Shown: positions 26,661-49,841 of the stretch, one piece after another
Numbering within the stretch: the first letter of the stretch is position 1
Layout of the letters: each line of letters begins with the position of its first letter
NCBI GenBank assembly: GCA_963693365.1
Contig: CAVNZM010000012.1
Coordinates: 6,398,889-6,462,888, forward strand
Length of the DNA stretch: 64,000 bases
Reading direction: 5' to 3'
Source: Amoebidium appalachense
Lineage: Eukaryota; Protista; Ichthyosporea
Notes under the pieces: generated by a model
The model's database searches: none
What the model was told of the DNA's origin: nothing
Seen by the model: only the letters and a program-made list of their open reading frames with translations
Position numbers and translations under genes: made by a program

Positions 26661-27556
26661 GCGTGCGTGCGTGCGCGTGTGGGTGTGCGTGTGTGTGTCA
26701 CGGTGTGTTTTCGTGCATCATACGGCCCACTTTTATGGTTGTTTATTTGCCGGAAGCCTGCAGGATCTGCGCATTTGCAGTTGATTGTGTGTTCTGGCCA
26801 ATCAAATTGGCCAACATCATCATTGATCCATATATGGATTCATGCAGATGCCAAACCTTTGTACCCACCCCCTCCGGGGGGTGAACGGGTCCCCCCTCTC
26901 TCCCCCCTTCCCAAGGTAGCCGCAGGGGGAGGGGGGGGGGTGGATCCCCCCCTCCCCCCCCCCCCCCCGGAATGGTCCGGCAAGAGACCCACCAGGCCGA
27001 GGGGGGTGGAGGTCCCCCCCCCCCTCCCCCCCCCCCCCCCCCCCCCCCGCCGCGCATACACGTGATCATGGCAAGTAGTCTTAGAGTCTCTTTTCCACCG
27101 GGCCAAAGGTTGTATTCGTTACCCCCCCCTTTTTTTGGGTTCTTTTGGAGAACTTGCTTCCGTTTTGGCCACTGATCCATATCTCCCTCCCCTCCCCCCC
27201 GCAACCCCAAACCCCCCCCCCCACACACACACACAAACCACACGCACACGCGGGCGGGCGCGCAAACACACACACACACGCACACACACACACACACACT
27301 TTCCACCCCTTGGTGCTAGTGCTCTTCTTCTGCCGGATATGCATGCTCTTTGTGTGTTCTTTGCACTCTGCTTTGTGTTGTCCGCGGCATATGTGTACTA
27401 TGCTCTATAACTTTTTTTAACGACCACTCCCCCCACCCTCCCCAGCCCCACCCATGTTTCTCCCCCCCCCCCCTCCCCCCCCCCCCACCGCCCTCCCCCC
27501 TCCCTCAACCTGCTCATTTACACAAGTAAATGCACGTGTACACGTACACGCACGTG

Positions 27557-27678
27557 CATGAAATCAATGCCCACATACACTTGCACTAAAATAATGCTCA
27601 CACACACCTGCACTCTGAAAACAATGTCAACGTATGCCAGCACGCTGAAAACAATGCCTACATACACTTGCACTCTGA

Positions 27679-27680
<2 letters not shown>
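27557..27680. repeat. ~30-bp minisatellite, about 4 copies
   Basis: Unit approximately GAAAACAATGCCCACATACACTTGCACTCT. Confidence 0.7.
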
Positions 27681-27737
<57 letters not shown>

Positions 27738-28012
27738 CAACGGTCAACTGTTTCTAAATTCTAAACTATTGGGGACAAGGTTATCGTGCTCACCGTGCAG
27801 TCTTTGTGTACGTATCTGTGTGGCCGGGGAAAGCATGTGTGTGTGGTGTGGGTGAGTGTAACTGCATGTTTATGCGTATGCTGGGTGCTCATCGCTGGGC
27901 AAAGGTTGTGCACCTCGTGTGCGTGTGTGGTACATGTGGGTGCAGGTACGTGTGAATTAAGTATGTGTGAAAGTATGTGCGTGTGGCGCGTGGTGGGGCG
28001 AGACGAATGCGA

Positions 28013-28051
<39 letters not shown>

Positions 28052-28078
28052 GACCGGGGCCTGGGGGAGGGGGACTCA

Positions 28079-28109
<31 letters not shown>

Positions 28110-29334
28110 GGGAGTATGATCGTACGGCATATAGCCTGAGTTCCAAGTGATCAAGAACTCCTATGAGTAGTTTTAATGTTTATGTTTTGGCCATGTCACG
28201 GTATATAAACCGTTACTAAATTTCCAGTACCATTATATGATCAGGTTATCTGATATAGTTACATGATGGCAGCCTATGGGGTGGGTGGTTCCCCTCCCTC
28301 CCTCCCCCGGGGGGAGGGGGTAACCCACCTCAGGTGGCTGGTAGGTTCCCCCCCCCTTCCCCCCTCTCCCTGCTAGCAGGACGGGTGGGTGGGTCCCCCC
28401 CCCCCCCCCCCCCCCTTCCCTCCCCCCCCCCCCCCCCCCCCCCCCCCCAAAGTTACTACTACACCCCTCCCCGTTTGAAAACCAAGAATTCCCGAGTTTT
28501 CAGTATGTTATTACTAGTACAATGTGTGAAACGTTGTGTGACACTGTGCACATGTCTGTTTATTGTGTACGCGGCAGTGTGTGTGTGTGCGATTGCCGAG
28601 CACTGAACCGCCCCACACGAAAAAACTCTCAAGGATCTGCTTTGTACATGTGGAGATTTATCCTGCCTCAATGGAAAATGCAGGATTCTTAATGGAAAAA
28701 GGCAAGATTATTCGGTAATGAGTAATTGATTCTGTCTGAAGTAGCCGAATCAATTCTGCCAAAAACCATAATAGTTCCGCTAACTTAGTAGTTATGATAA
28801 TATATGAACAATCATTATGAATAATATTGAACTGCTTTTTGCTTTAACATTATGCTTGCAGCAAGTTCTATCTGCTCATGTGGTTGGGGCCTACTTAAGA
28901 GGGAGAGGGGTTCACGCCTGGCCCAGAGAAGCAAATTCAACTTTGAGATGGTAAGGCACATAGAAATGATGGACCGGGGAAAATTATACCTCAGAGAGAG
29001 GGGACGGCCACAGTGCACGAGTGTAGTAAGCCATCAGTTTACACATGCGCACTCACGTGGTTTTTTTTTTTCCTTTTTTTTTTCTTTTTTTTTTTTCTTC
29101 CCCGCGGTAAGGTTGAAGAGGAGGGGGGGGATTGTACGTCTGTACATTTATAGTACATGTACAATCGGATTGGGAGTGAGCACAGATGAGTCTCAGTTAT
29201 TATTGAAGCATTGGATTGACCTCCCAATTCATGCAATCCCCACGGCTGCCGGCCCGAGAGTCTCAGACGGAGGAAAGGTTTGGGAGGGGGGAGGGGGGCG
29301 TAGGGAGGGTGGGAAACGGGGGAGGGAGGGGGGG

Positions 29335-29507
<173 letters not shown>

Positions 29508-30714
29508 GTGTGTGAATGCGCGTGTCTGTGTATCTGTGTACATGCGCGCGTGTGTGCGCGTGCGAGCATGCACACGACGTGCACACGTGCGTGTGTGCGC
29601 ATGCGTGTGTGAGTGCCTGCGTGTGCGCGGGCACACATGTACGGGGAAGGGAATCAAATGACTAAACGAATCTGAAGACACAGGGAATGGGGGATGCTGG
29701 AATATTTGCCGGCCGGAAAACCAGGAATATTAAGTTGACGACTAATGGTTAAAAACAGACTACGTACCCCGTCAGGCTACAGACTTCCGGGAAAATGTCA
29801 ATTGAAATGACGTCTCCCTGAGATACTTCCATTTTGAGATACTTCTCAATGTGACGCACATGCCATAGCGATTTCAGAGCTGCAGCGGCTAAACTTTGCT
29901 AGTTTGACAGCGTACATAGGCTGTTTTAAGACTTTTCTCCTTACAATACCTGTACTGCTTTCACCAATGTCGCTTTATGTAATCTATTTACCAACTTAAT
30001 CATGTGTCAATTTACCAAACAAAGGCAAGACTTAGTGTATTAAACTGGTCTGGACACAAGAGTGTTTCAGTCCCAATCTGACATGCCAGCTCAAGCAGGC
30101 ACACCTTTAATATATAAAAATAAATAGTCTCTGTCGCCATTCTAAATCACACATCCGATTGGCCCTTTAAATCTCGAGCCAATCCTAATTTGGTCGTTAA
30201 CTCTCCTAGACACCTAATAATTAGATCAGATAAACAATTGGCCGACTGGCCACAAGAAACCAAATACGGTTCGCAGCAAATTTGTACAACCACCCCCCCC
30301 CCGGCCCCAACGAGCAAATGCAGCCACGGGGAAGGAGGGGGAGGGGGAGGGGGGGAGGGAGGGGGGGAGGGGGGGGGGGGGGGGGGGGGGGGGGGAAGGG
30401 GAGGAGGAGAGGATATCAACCACCGGACCGTTAGCATTCATACATGCTTGCGTCAGATTGTAAGCACTAGCTAAGACTATTTTGGCATCTATTCAAATTT
30501 GGCAATCGAATCTAGACTCACAATTCACATGCAGGACTTCTTTGTCTTACGACCTGCTTCCATCTCCCATAGTCTGCTTCATAGCCCATCTATTCACGCG
30601 ACGGAGAGGGGGGGAAGAGGGGGATGGAAAGGGGAAGGGGGGGGGGGGGGGGGGAGGACGTAGGAAAAAATGCAATGGGGAGAAAGTATGTAAATCCACC
30701 AGCGTGATACTCCC

Positions 30715-30767
<53 letters not shown>

Positions 30768-30797
30768 ACAGCAACACCTCCACTCCGTCATCAGTTC

Positions 30798-31728
30798 TCA
30801 GACGCGGTGGCCGAACAATAAATCCCAAACAAACCGCAGAGACTTCCCCAAGAACTGCAAAACCTCCACGAAATTTCCAGCAACAACAAACTCAATCGCA
30901 AAGAGCACCATCAAAATGGTCAGAATGTAGGCAGCCTGGGATTCAGGAGACGGAGGCGGTGTGCTTTTTGGCTTTGATTGCTGTGACCCGGATGCGAAAT
31001 TTTGTGCACTTGTGGGGTTCATGCTAGGAGTTGCGTTGGATACGGACGGCTTGCTTGAGCCGGACCTCCGATTGGTTCTCCCTTCGAGGGACTTGCTATA
31101 TTTGGCAACTTGGGGGCATAGAACGGCATGGGAGCTGCTCCAATGCTCCTTTTGGCACCGCTGGCTGCAATACCGCGGCAATTTGCACCCGCTGCAAATA
31201 AGCAGTTTGAGCCCCCCCTCGCTGATTCTTTCATCCACCTTCCCAAACCCGTTGGAGCACCTTGGGACGTACTGCGCCAGGAAATCGTAAAATTTCTCTG
31301 TGGTCTTGGGGGACATCAACTGATTGAATTTCTTTACGGACATAACCTGGGCCACCGCGTCCCTGGCCCTTTGATAGGGTGCCTCCCTAGCGCACACCAA
31401 CAGAGGAAACGACCCCGCAACGTCATTTTTCCATGCCTCGGCCAGAATTTCCAGCGAATTTTGGTCCCTAGCCAGAGCGTCGGCGGTCTGGGGGGACCCC
31501 TCCATAGCAACGGCCCACAGGGCCAACCCCAACTGGGCCACCTTGTCCTGTCCCGGTAGACTCTCTGCCCCTCTTCCTACCCACGTGCCTTCCTCCCCGA
31601 TCTCGTGCTCACGCGCCCACATCCACTTATCGCCATTCTGTGGCATGAGCGGGAACATGTTAGTGTTAATGTTAGTGTTAGTGTTAGTGTTAGTGTTAGT
31701 GTTAGTGTTAGTGTGTGTGTGTGTGGGT

Positions 31729-31760
<32 letters not shown>

Positions 31761-32741
31761 GAGGTTATGTGTGTATGTGTGCGAATGTGTGTGTGTGTGT
31801 GTGCGGGGGTGTAAGAGTATGTGTGTGTGAGTTCGTGTGCGTGCGCCTGGAGAAAAGAGGGAGGAAAGGATATCTATCCATAAAAAGCGGGGAAATGCAA
31901 AAGAAACGTCGAACCCTAAGATAGGCACTGTGCACAACAGGAAACAGTTCAGGGCACACCGAAAATCTACAACTTCAGAGATAATGCACACAGTGCAAAA
32001 CACCAACGAAACCCATCTACTGACACCCAGCCACGCACAAAATATCAGCAGGGGAGCAACACACACAGCGCCCATATTTGGGGTACCACCAACCAGCGGG
32101 GTTAAATATTAGATTGGTATGAGGGCAAGCCAGGTGTCCCCAGCCAGGAGGATGGGGCCGTGGGGGGAGGGGGGGGGAGCGGGGGGAGGGGGGAGAGAAT
32201 GCATACAGAGTGTGAGGTCACATTTACAATGACATCACAATGCAGATTCATCTTCAGCGTGGCCTCAAGGCAGTGTGGGTGTATGTTGGGGCTGTGCGTA
32301 CCAAAAAAAAAAAAAAAAAAAAGCAACAGACAACGCTGCAGACTTTGCAGAGCACACACACCAAGAAGGTACTATAAAAAAAGGACGTGCTTCTAGGGAG
32401 GGGGGGGGAGGGGTGGTGTTCAACACACCAGCAATTTACATCTTCCAAACCGGGCATATGTGGAGGGCAGGTCCCAGCCAATCTGGTTAAAGAGCTCCCC
32501 CAGCAGGGGCTGGTATGTTCTGGTCTGCCGGGAGTGGAATGCAACCGCACAAATGGCATCCACTATTCGCCTCAGCGCCGTGTAGGAGACACCGGGCTTG
32601 AGCGACTGTAGCGCAAGATTCCTGAACCCCCCTAGACTCAGCACTAGCGCGGCAACGTCCAAGCGCACAACACCCGTCGAGCGGTCCCAGAGGAGGCGGG
32701 TGAGGGGTGTGGTGACATCCTGTGTGTATGTGTGTGTGTGT

Positions 32742-32774
<33 letters not shown>

Positions 32775-32775
32775 G

Positions 32776-32811
<36 letters not shown>

Positions 32812-34161
32812 GAATATGCCTGTATGTTGGGGAGAGTAGATGTGGTGTTTGCTGGTAAGACTATGCCTGTGCGTGTGTGTGTGTGCGTGGGTGCCTGGGT
32901 GTGTGTGTGCCTGTGTGTGTGCGTGTGTGCGCGCTTACGAGCCGGAGGTGCTGGAAGGGACGGGTGGAATGAGGGGAGGGTGGGTAGGTGTTTGCGGGGG
33001 GAGGGGGGAGGAGGGAGGGAGGGGAGGAGGGGGGGGGGGGGGGGGGGGAGGCGAGGGGAGAGGGGGGAGGGGGGAGTGTCGTTAGCATGTGATGGGAACA
33101 CCAACACTCACTGAAGGCCACGGTGCAGTAGATGAGATGCCGTGTATATATGAAAAATTGCAAACAATATCGGAGACCCAACACAGCTACAGTAGCAGTC
33201 AAAGTTGCTGCCTAGAATATCATCAGAGCACAAACTATGGGGAGAGAAGACACGGAGAAAGAATGATGCAGGAAAATGTGTGTCACCATGCCCATGTAAG
33301 CATGTGTGCGGTTGTGTGTACGAATTTTGTGGTGAGCGAGTGTAGGGATGGGTGGTGCGTGTGCGTGCACAAATTGTGCAGGGAAAGGGTTGCACGTGTA
33401 AGGCTGGCTGTGAGGGAGTAGAGCATAACCAGAGAAAAAGCGGGCGAGAAGTGAGGGGAGGGCTGAAGAGGGGCCTATCACATGTGCGTGTTTTGTGATG
33501 GCAGTAGTGGGAAGGGGACTAAGGGTATGTTCCTATGTTGAGACGCCGTATGTGCCTGTGTGGAAGTGTCGGGGTGGAAGTGCAGCAGATATCTATAAAC
33601 ACAACACGAATGACAGAAACGACAACATATCTATCGGCTTCAAATTCGCATCTGTGTTTTTGCCCGTCCCCTCCCCTTCCCCCCTCCCCCCTCCCCCCAC
33701 CCCTCCCCCCCCCACACACACAAACACACACAGACAAGTTTTTTCAGTGTATAGAAGCACCCAAGCACACACCAGACCCAGACTTGGCCACATAAATATC
33801 TCCTATGATGATCTAATTTCCAACCCTCAAAACCACAAACAGTCCACCCAGGCACGGGTAGCTACATACATAACTTTGGCGTTCAAAGATGTATGCTTGG
33901 CCCAATTAGTCCCGAAGGTAGAGGAGGGTGAGAGGGGGGGGGGGGGGGGGGTTGAATGCGTCAAAAAGTACGAAGTACACAAGAACAAACGGATAACACG
34001 ATGCAGAATGCAAGCTATACATAAAGAGTATGCATAATAAGCAGAGCCCATCCTCAGGGGGGGCCCACGTCATCCACAGTACCCGAGTTTCGACCTATTC
34101 CCCTCGTTAACGAAACCCAACTCACATACTGTTTCACTTGAACATGAGTAGGTCACCCGTC

Positions 34162-34195
<34 letters not shown>

Positions 34196-34606
34196 GAGGG
34201 GCAACCGCACATATACCTACATCATTAATCTGCCCCCCCCCCCCCTCCCCCCCCCCCCCCCCCCCCCCAAACACACACACACAAAAAAAGGTGAAACGTA
34301 ACAAAAAATAGGAAAAAATCAGCAGAGGTATGGGGAGGGTAATGGAAAGAGATCAGGCAGAGCGGGAGGGAAAAAGGAGATACACAAATGAACAAAGGAG
34401 AGGCACGATACAGTGCATAGGCCGTTAGACCCAACCCACACAGAGGGTGAACGACGAAAGAGGAGACCATCCTGCCGTGGGTGCTTTCAGGAGGCAGAAA
34501 GGAAAAAATGAGGGGGGGGGAGGGGGGGGGGAAGGGGAGAGGGGGGAAGGAAGGGATAATAACACAAAGGCACTTGCGTACATCTTTACAGGTGGAAACA
34601 CACACA

Positions 34607-34654
<48 letters not shown>

Positions 34655-37017
34655 ACCCGCGTGCGCGCACAAACACACAGACACCCACCCACACACACCC
34701 CCCCCCCCCCCCCCCACAAACACACACACACACACCTGCAAGGGGGTTTTGGCGCGTCGTGACTGTCTCATAGCATTCAGCATGGCCACAAACTGAGCAT
34801 CAAACTTCTCCTCCCCCGCCTCTTTCCCCTCCATACCTTCACACACGGAAAGTTCCAGCGCATGCGTGAGAATGGGCACGGCACCCAAGGAGATTGCAGT
34901 CTCGATCATGGACGGTTGGCTGGTGAGCAAATAGTCGATGCAGAAAACCGCAAATTTTCGTGTCTGTAGGCAAAAAGAAACACAAAATGCATGTCAAAAG
35001 AACAATCATCCCGGAGTATGGTGCCCCCCCTCCCTCCACCCCCTCCCCCACCCCCCACACTCCTCCTTCCCCCCCCCCCCCCCCCCCCCCCCCCCTTGGC
35101 ACATGGGACTTGAGCTGCCAAAAAACAAGGTGAAAACCACCATTGCCATTGCGCCCTACCACCTCATACAAACCCGCATGCTTCCTCGGCTATATTTCCC
35201 AGCAGGCACACACCAGCCCCCCTATGGACCGATAATACGAACCACCCAAAAAACAGGGGGGTACAGTGGCAGAAGCCAGCCATGACTATGTTCGGACCCC
35301 CTGTGTTACCCACATTTCTTTCACACTCAATTCCTACCCCCATCACTTCTGGGTTTGTTCTCTGCGCCATCCTCTCCGGTGTCTCTCCCCCCCCCCCCCC
35401 ACCCCCCCCCCCCACCCCCCCTCCCCGAGTTGGCCTCCTTCCCCCTCTACCACCATCATCACCACCAAACCATTCCCCACCAACACACACACATCAGCAC
35501 GAACTTGGGCACACAAACACGTCATATGAACTGACTTTCCACCCGATTTTCAGTTCAAAACACTTCTTTGCTTGTGAGTCACTTGGCATAACACTAAACG
35601 ACAAAGCTTTGTTTCCCCCCACCCCATTCTAGCCACACACACAAACACTCCTCTAGGCCCCGTTGCACCTCTTCTTTCACTTCCCCGTCTTTTATTGATT
35701 ACTCTTCTGACAACCTGTCCCATCATATCTCTGACCCCAAAGCTCTGAAGCCCCCCTCCCCCCTCCCCCAACAAAGTCGCTGTATATTTCCCCTCCAACC
35801 CTCACCCCTACCCTCCACACCCCACCAAGGACACCGTCACTTCTATCCCTAAGAACAAATCTCTTTCGCAATCTGCACCTTCCGCTAACACATACACAAA
35901 CACACAAACACACACACACACACTCTCTCCCTCTCTCTTTCCCCCCCCCCCTCCCCCCCCCCCCCCCCCCCCTCTCTCTCTCTCTCACTCTCGATATCTG
36001 TCTCTCTCTCCTCTCTTCCTCTCCCTCTCTCCCTCGCCGTCTCTCCCCCTGCCTCCCTCACTCCCTCACTCCCTCCCTCCTTCCCCCTCCCCCTCCCCTC
36101 CCCCTTTTACCCCTCCCTCCCCCCCCTCTCTCTCTCCCCCTTCACCCCTTCTCCCTCTCCCTCTCCCTCTCCCTCTCCCTCCCTCCCTCCCTCCCCCGCT
36201 GTCTCTCTCTCCCTCCCTCTCTCCCTCTCTCCCTCCCTCCCTCCCTCTCTCTCTCTCTCTCTTCCCCCCCCTCTATCTCTCCCCCGCACCCCTTCTCTCT
36301 TCCTCCCCTTTCTTCTATCGCTCTCTCTCGATCGCTCTCCTCCCTTTCTCTCTCTCTTGGTCACTGCCTCCCCAGCCCCCTTTTCCTCCCTCCCCCCTCC
36401 CTCTCTCTCTCCTTCCCCCCCTCCCCCCCCTTTAAAGTATAACCCCCAAAAAGGCACCCTAGCCAGCCATCCAAGCCCATGAGCTTCCCAACCCCCTACC
36501 CTTTCCCAGTCCTCACCTCCTCACTCCAGCCAGTCTGCGGGTCAGCCACACGCAGGCACGGACCCATGGCCTCTGCCATGGAGAACATGTGCACATACGA
36601 GTAGTCCTCTTTGAATATATCTCGCATCGCCTTGCAAATATACCCGGCCGCCTCCCCATCCTTACCCTGCTTTTCTGGTGTTGGGCTTGCATTCTGGAGC
36701 AGATCAGCCAAGATGTAAACTGTCTTCTGCGATATTCGCTCCTCTCGCGTGAGCACTAGCTTTTTGGCTGTGTGCGAAACAGCCTGTGCGAGAATGGCCT
36801 GGTTTCCTTGTTTGAATCTCTGCAAAACTAGGCTTCGCGTATATTTCTTGTGGTTCAGTACTTCCTCTGCAACACAAAAAATAAACCCATCATCTACATA
36901 CTGTAAGAGTGTTTTGCCCGCCTGTGCCTGTTGTTGGGAGTTGCCTGAGGAGAAAAGGACCTGCGCACACTGCGCGACTTCGCGCTCCACGTCTCTAAGC
37001 GAAGCAGGGTTAGGCAT
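30798..37017 (-). CDS. Helical (ARM-like) protein with MYND zinc finger and C-terminal transmembrane segment; internal exon structure partly unresolved
   Basis: Exons 37017-36517 (MPNPASLRDVEREV..), 34963-34736 (TRKFAVFCIDYLLTSQPSMIETAISLGAVPILTHAL..), 32719-~32440 (DVTTPLTRLLWDRSTG..) and terminal exon 31637-30798. The last exon has CSN...LLICSGCKLPRYCSQRCQKEHWSSSHAVLC (MYND) and AAYILTILMVLFAIEFVVAG (TM). Exon 3 and the last exon do not join in phase, so a small exon is probably missing from this model. Confidence 0.75.
31659..31712. repeat. (GTTAGT)n hexamer repeat just before the last acceptor of the MYND gene
   Basis: About 9 tandem GTTAGT/GTTAAT units, read as AACACT on the coding strand. 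Confidence 0.85.
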
Positions 37018-37769
37018 GGCGAGGTTGAAAGAAAACTCTGTCCGTCTTTCTTTGTTGTACTGGCTGTCACAGTTTCCTGTTTTCGCTTTGCGCCTCGCTC
37101 TGCGTTATAACGTTGCCAACTTGATTTTTCTAATATCATCAATTTTTTTGGCGCCAAATTCTTTCAACAAGACTCCAGTCTGATCCTTCGCTCTTCGTTT
37201 ACCACCAAGAAGAAGCTACAACACGAAATCTACTTGGTTTCTTAAATGCTTCTGTGTAGGCTACTTTTTTTCCCCGTTATTAAAGATGGGCGTAGGTGGC
37301 TTGTTGCTCGCTTTCATGATTACATCAGAACCACCCAGAAGCAACTGATGAGTACCTCCATACAGCCAAACACGTAAGGCAGTTATAATTGTGGATGACA
37401 TGTTTGGCAGTCAAAAGTCAGGTGATGACCGTTTGTGCAGAATGCAAGCAAGTTTTTTCAATCGGGGTCCCATGCGAATGGCTCCGGCACATACTGTTAG
37501 AGGGCCTGGCTGCCGCCTATTCTGCTGTTCACGGAACCAACATAGTGTGCTTTATGTCACCTTGCAGCTCCTCTACTCTTGCTCGATAGTCTTTCATCCT
37601 CCTTTCCCACCACCTCATCTGCACCTCGTGTCCGAGCCAGCCAACCCTCGCTGCGCACGGTCTGATAGATCTCGACGTGCAGACACAAGGTAGGTTTAGC
37701 CGCCGGCCACACACATGCTTGCTCAAGCATGCACATGCCGGCTATGACCTTTGTCTCCTTCCCCCCCAC

Positions 37770-37806
<37 letters not shown>

Positions 37807-38252
37807 TACACAGACTCCTCCCTCTTCCTCGAGCCCCCCCATCCCCTCCCTCCCTCTCCTAATTCTCACTCCTCTCGGTTTCTCCCTCTAATGGGCCACC
37901 TCCTTTTGTTTTTTGAAGTCTCCTCTCCCCCCCCCTCCCCCCCCCCCCCTGCCCCACCACCACCACCACCCTTCCTTCCGCCCTCCCCCCCACCCCCTCC
38001 CCCCCACCCCCCCCCACCCAACACACACTCCCGGAGACCCACCACCATGGACACCACCTATGGTATTATATACCCCTTTATTATCTCAGCCTGAGGACCG
38101 TCGTGTCATTATTTGCCACTTCAGTCTAGGCATTGATAGCTTTAAACCAGCCTGCAGCTGGAAGTAGCCACTCCGGGGGGTCGGGCCCGGGAGATTGGTG
38201 GCAAGCATGATGCCGTGATAGCCCCGCAGCATTAATGTTGAGCATGTGTACG

Positions 38253-38291
<39 letters not shown>

Positions 38292-38309
38292 TGCAGGTAT
38301 GTGTGTGTG

Positions 38310-38326
38310 TATGTGTGTGTGTGCGT

Positions 38327-38357
<31 letters not shown>

Positions 38358-38530
38358 GGGGGGGGGCGGATCCGGATGTGATCACAGAGCCATAAATTTT
38401 TATTTCAAGTGTGTGTGTGTGTGCGTGTGTGTGTGTGTGTGGAGGGGGGGGGGGGGGGGGGGGGGGGCGGATCCAGATGTGATCACAAGAGCCATAATTT
38501 TATTTCAAGTGTGTGTGTGTGTGTGTGTGC
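38310..38530. repeat. ~100-bp tandem duplication
   Basis: Two copies of polyG-CGGATCC(G/A)GATGTGATCACA(A)GAGCCATAA..TTTTATTTCAAG-(TG)n at ~38365 and ~38466. Confidence 0.85.
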
Positions 38531-38562
38531 GTGTGCGTGTGCGTGTGCGTGTGCGTGTGCGT

Positions 38563-38634
<72 letters not shown>

Positions 38635-38786
38635 CTAACAATTTAGAGCAGGTGGAGACAGGAGAGCTGGGCGTGAGGGACTGATAGCAAGCTCTGATCG
38701 TTAGCACGGTATTAGAGCACAGCATAGAAGCCCCCGAGGGGAGGGGGAGGGGGGGAGGGGGGGGGATGAATGGTTCCAGAAGGCTT

Positions 38787-38837
<51 letters not shown>

Positions 38838-40659
38838 GGGATTGGGAACAGATACAGAGGGAACAGAGACAAACAAACCGGGGAGCATGAACAAGAACAG
38901 TGAACTCGCTGGACAGCCGAACATTCTGTTGAACAAACGGACGTCGCCGCGGCCGGCCAAGGCAGACTTGAACAAAGTGACTTTTAGCTCCAAATCCGGT
39001 CGCGCATCTCATTGGTGGAATAGGGTGCGAGGTGCACCAATCATGTTTAGGCAGTCCCCCTACACTCACAACTCAAGGCCAGCTTCGAGGCCCGCGGCTG
39101 AGCTGAGAGGAAAAGATGAACATAACACAAAATGTACTTCCACCTTCCCACGCTTTTGCCCTTTACCATATTAAAAATTTATTTCAGTGCAGCATGTCTG
39201 GTCTATTTCCAACTTCCACAGTAGTAAAGGGACCGGCGTTTCGTGTGGTGCCGCAGCTGTGCGCACGACCGTGCGTGCGGGTCTGGATCACGGTCCTGGA
39301 TCAACGTGTTCCAGCCTTCCATGCCAGAACTTTGCGCGCACGGTACTATATGTAGGCAAAAGAAGGTTCTTTGGTCGCGAAAATCTAAGTTATTAATTAT
39401 CTAACCCACGCACATAAGCCGGGAGAGGCCGTGTGAGACTATGCGGGTGGAAGAGTCTACGAAGTGAATTTGTGTGGACGGGCGGTAGCTGGCCTGCTGC
39501 GTGTAGTATTACGACAGTTTTATGTTAACATGTATAGGCCGCAAATGTGGGGATAATGGTCATTAGGTACAGCACACAGAATTACTACTAGTAGTATAAC
39601 ATGTGCAAAATTTATATAATATATCCGGCCTGCTCGAGCTCTCGCACTATAGACCGGTTTAGAAATGATTTTTTTCAAATTCTGCCTAACCTTATATGGC
39701 TCACCGGAACAATTCGAATCTTGTGATTGGTTGCGCCAGAAGTAAGGGCCAAGGTAAGGGCCGCTCAGGCGGTGACAGGCCAAAATCTCCTCTCAAAAGC
39801 AGTTAGGCCCCGATTTTACATAGAAAGTTGGTTTTCGTCCATAAGAAAAAGTTTCAGGAATTAAACAGACGCGCAAAAATGATATAAGCCTTCGGGGTGC
39901 TCCGACAACGCCTACATCTCTAAAATCATCAAAACCCGTCTTGCATAGCCTCTTACCACCTTGCCTCCAGGTCGATCGTCTATGATGAAATTATGGTTTT
40001 TGCCTGTTTTCGCTACGGCGCCGGACACCCCATGTTGCTTTTACAAAAAAATGCTTGTCGCTTTGTTTATCAAATTATTTATTAATGGACAAAACCCCTT
40101 TTCTATTCGAATTATTGATTCAAGCATTATAAGCAGGATTTGGTATCTGACCGCCGATCACTCAGTCCTTCCTTTCGCCCGTTCGGCTGCTGGATCTCCC
40201 TAGAGCGAAGCAAACACATTGAGATCCTCATTAGTAAATCTAAATTGGTCTATAGTGGTCTCTATAGTGGACCTACTACCCATTTGGCAGAAACGACACC
40301 CGAGTAAATATCGAAAGACAGCACTTGGTATTGCCACTCTTCCGGCATGGTAAGGTTTTTTTTTTTGCACAAAAACTTCAACTGGCAGTTCACCCCTAGA
40401 CTACTAAAGTTCCTAGGGAAAGTTATGTTCCCTACTGTGTCACGCCGGCACATCAATCGAACTGACACGTGGTGGGGATTATTCAGGCTAACTCCGATGG
40501 ATAGCTAGCTAGCTAAGAACTGATGCCCCGGTTTTCTTAATGGGATTCTGAACGGTTCACCCACGGTCACGTGCATCTTCACAAGGGCAATATCTAACCG
40601 TGCTGTGTTTTTCTTTTCATAGTTTATTAAATTTGCCGCACCGCTAACCGTCCATCAAA

Positions 40660-49841
<9,182 letters not shown>

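Noticed and set aside
31659-31712. Telomere-like repeat (TTAGTG)n
   Set aside because: Only ~9 units, intronic, and not TTAGGG; treated as an ordinary microsatellite.
33108-33920. Extra exons of the MYND gene (for example 33210-33111 on the minus strand)
   Set aside because: Splice-like signals exist, but no phase-consistent chain could be established without transcripts.
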